From Gammaproteobacteria bacterium (GTDB lineage: Bacteria; Pseudomonadota; Gammaproteobacteria; UBA4575), in the NCBI GenBank assembly GCA_041576975.1, contig JBFGJY010000005.1, positions 1 to 62,658 on the forward strand: a stretch of 62,658 nt of DNA. The letters are read 5' to 3'. This document shows, piece after piece, positions 61,827 to 62,658 of the stretch. How positions within the stretch are numbered: the stretch's first letter is position 1; each line of letters starts with the position of its first letter. The notes beneath the pieces are model-generated. The model worked only from the letters and a program-made list of their open reading frames with translations, was not told the origin of the DNA and did not search any database. A program made the position numbers and the translations under genes.

Positions 61827-62658
61827 TTAAGGCGTAGAAGGTCGAGGTGGTGGTGGTGGGGAACCAAGTGGATTGCGTTGTAATCGAGAAAATCGATGCA
61901 GTGTAAACTCCACGGACTCAGAACTGACAAGGGTTCGACCATTACGCGCAACAATTTTGGCGGTCACTACATGGGTACCACGATCAACATTTTCTATCAA
62001 AATACTAGTATTTGTTCCTTTATAGATTTCTTTATTATCAAGCATGATCACGTATTGATGTCCGATACCTTCATTTAGTGCAGGCGATACCTGATAGGCA
62101 ACGAGAACTTTGCCAGTATTTTCGCGGAGACTTTCTTCATGAGCGGGAGTAGTAATTGCAAGTGACTCGTAACCAGCATAAATGGCTTTCTTAGGTTTAG
62201 TATCAATACTTAGCGGTACCTGAACAGGTTTACTTCTAATTAATGGAGGTAGGGCCTCAAGCGCAACTTCTTCTGCCTCCGGACATAATTCTGGGGAAGG
62301 CGTGTCTAGATATATTTTATTGCCCTCACTATCCTTGCAGACATATATGGGTGATTGTGAAACTTTTTTTAAATCTGCTACTTCTGCACATAATTCAGAG
62401 GAAGGATCGTCTACATATATTTTATTGCCCTCCTTGTCCCAACAGGCGTCTATACGTTCGGGTGTATATATTTCTATGGGTGGGACTTCTTCAACTTTTT
62501 TATCTTTTTCATCTTCATCTTCTACTGTATCAGTACATGCCTCAGAAGTTGGTGTGTCTGAATACACGATATTGCCGTCCTTGTCTGTACACGTATAGAT
62601 GCCCGCTTGTGCGCCATTTGCAGATATGGCCAAGAACACCAACTTCAATAAACTTGCG
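61827..62658 (-). CDS. DUF4124-repeat exported protein (5' end off the window)
   Basis: IYTCTDKDGNIVYSDTP repeated three times, Ig-like C-terminus (DRGTH); frame open to the window edge. Confidence 0.75.
   Translation of the reverse strand, partial: ASLLKLVFLAISANGAQAGIYTCTDKDGNIVYSDTPTSEACTDTVEDEDEKDKKVEEVPPIEIYTPERIDACWDKEGNKIYVDDPSSELCAEVADLKKVSQSPIYVCKDSEGNKIYLDTPSPELCPEAEEVALEALPPLIRSKPVQVPLSIDTKPKKAIYAGYESLAITTPAHEESLRENTGKVLVAYQVSPALNEGIGHQYVIMLDNKEIYKGTNTSILIENVDRGTHVVTAKIVARNGRTLVSSESVEFTLHRFSRLQRNPLGSPPPPPRPSTP

Overview
AT-rich gammaproteobacterial chromosome segment. The housekeeping backbone is tRNA-Pro, ispB, rplU-rpmA-obgE-proB, rpsT, murJ-ribF-ileS-lspA-ispH, then yajL/yibQ/ctpA/envC, arsR-rhodanese-grxC-secB-gpsA, trmL, pyrD and ntrBC. 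Three accessory blocks interrupt it. (1) A decayed island at the tRNA-Pro(CGG) 3' end (1-4.6 kb). (2) Three tandem, divergent type IV minor-pilin operons (fimT-pilV-pilW-pilX-pilY1-small ORF-pilE) plus an extra pilE (16.1-39.3 kb). (3) A ~10.4-kb respiratory island between pyrD and ntrC: cupredoxin-like protein, Tat metallophosphoesterase, SoxA/TsdA-like cytochrome, divergent cbb3-type oxidase with a trihaem subunit, and assembly genes. The most striking unexplained signal is a family of six 29-30 bp imperfect palindromes (consensus AATGTCCGCTT-N7/8-AAGCGGACATT). They occur only in pairs bracketing foreign modules (ICMT gene, tspO, the whole respiratory island), suggesting a site-specific gene-cassette system whose recombinase is not in this window. 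Also seen: a TA-flanked 247-bp MITE in the ileS/lspA overlap that supplies lspA's start codon, and a candidate ~59-nt CsrA-binding sRNA. All calls come from motif recognition by eye; no database searches were run.
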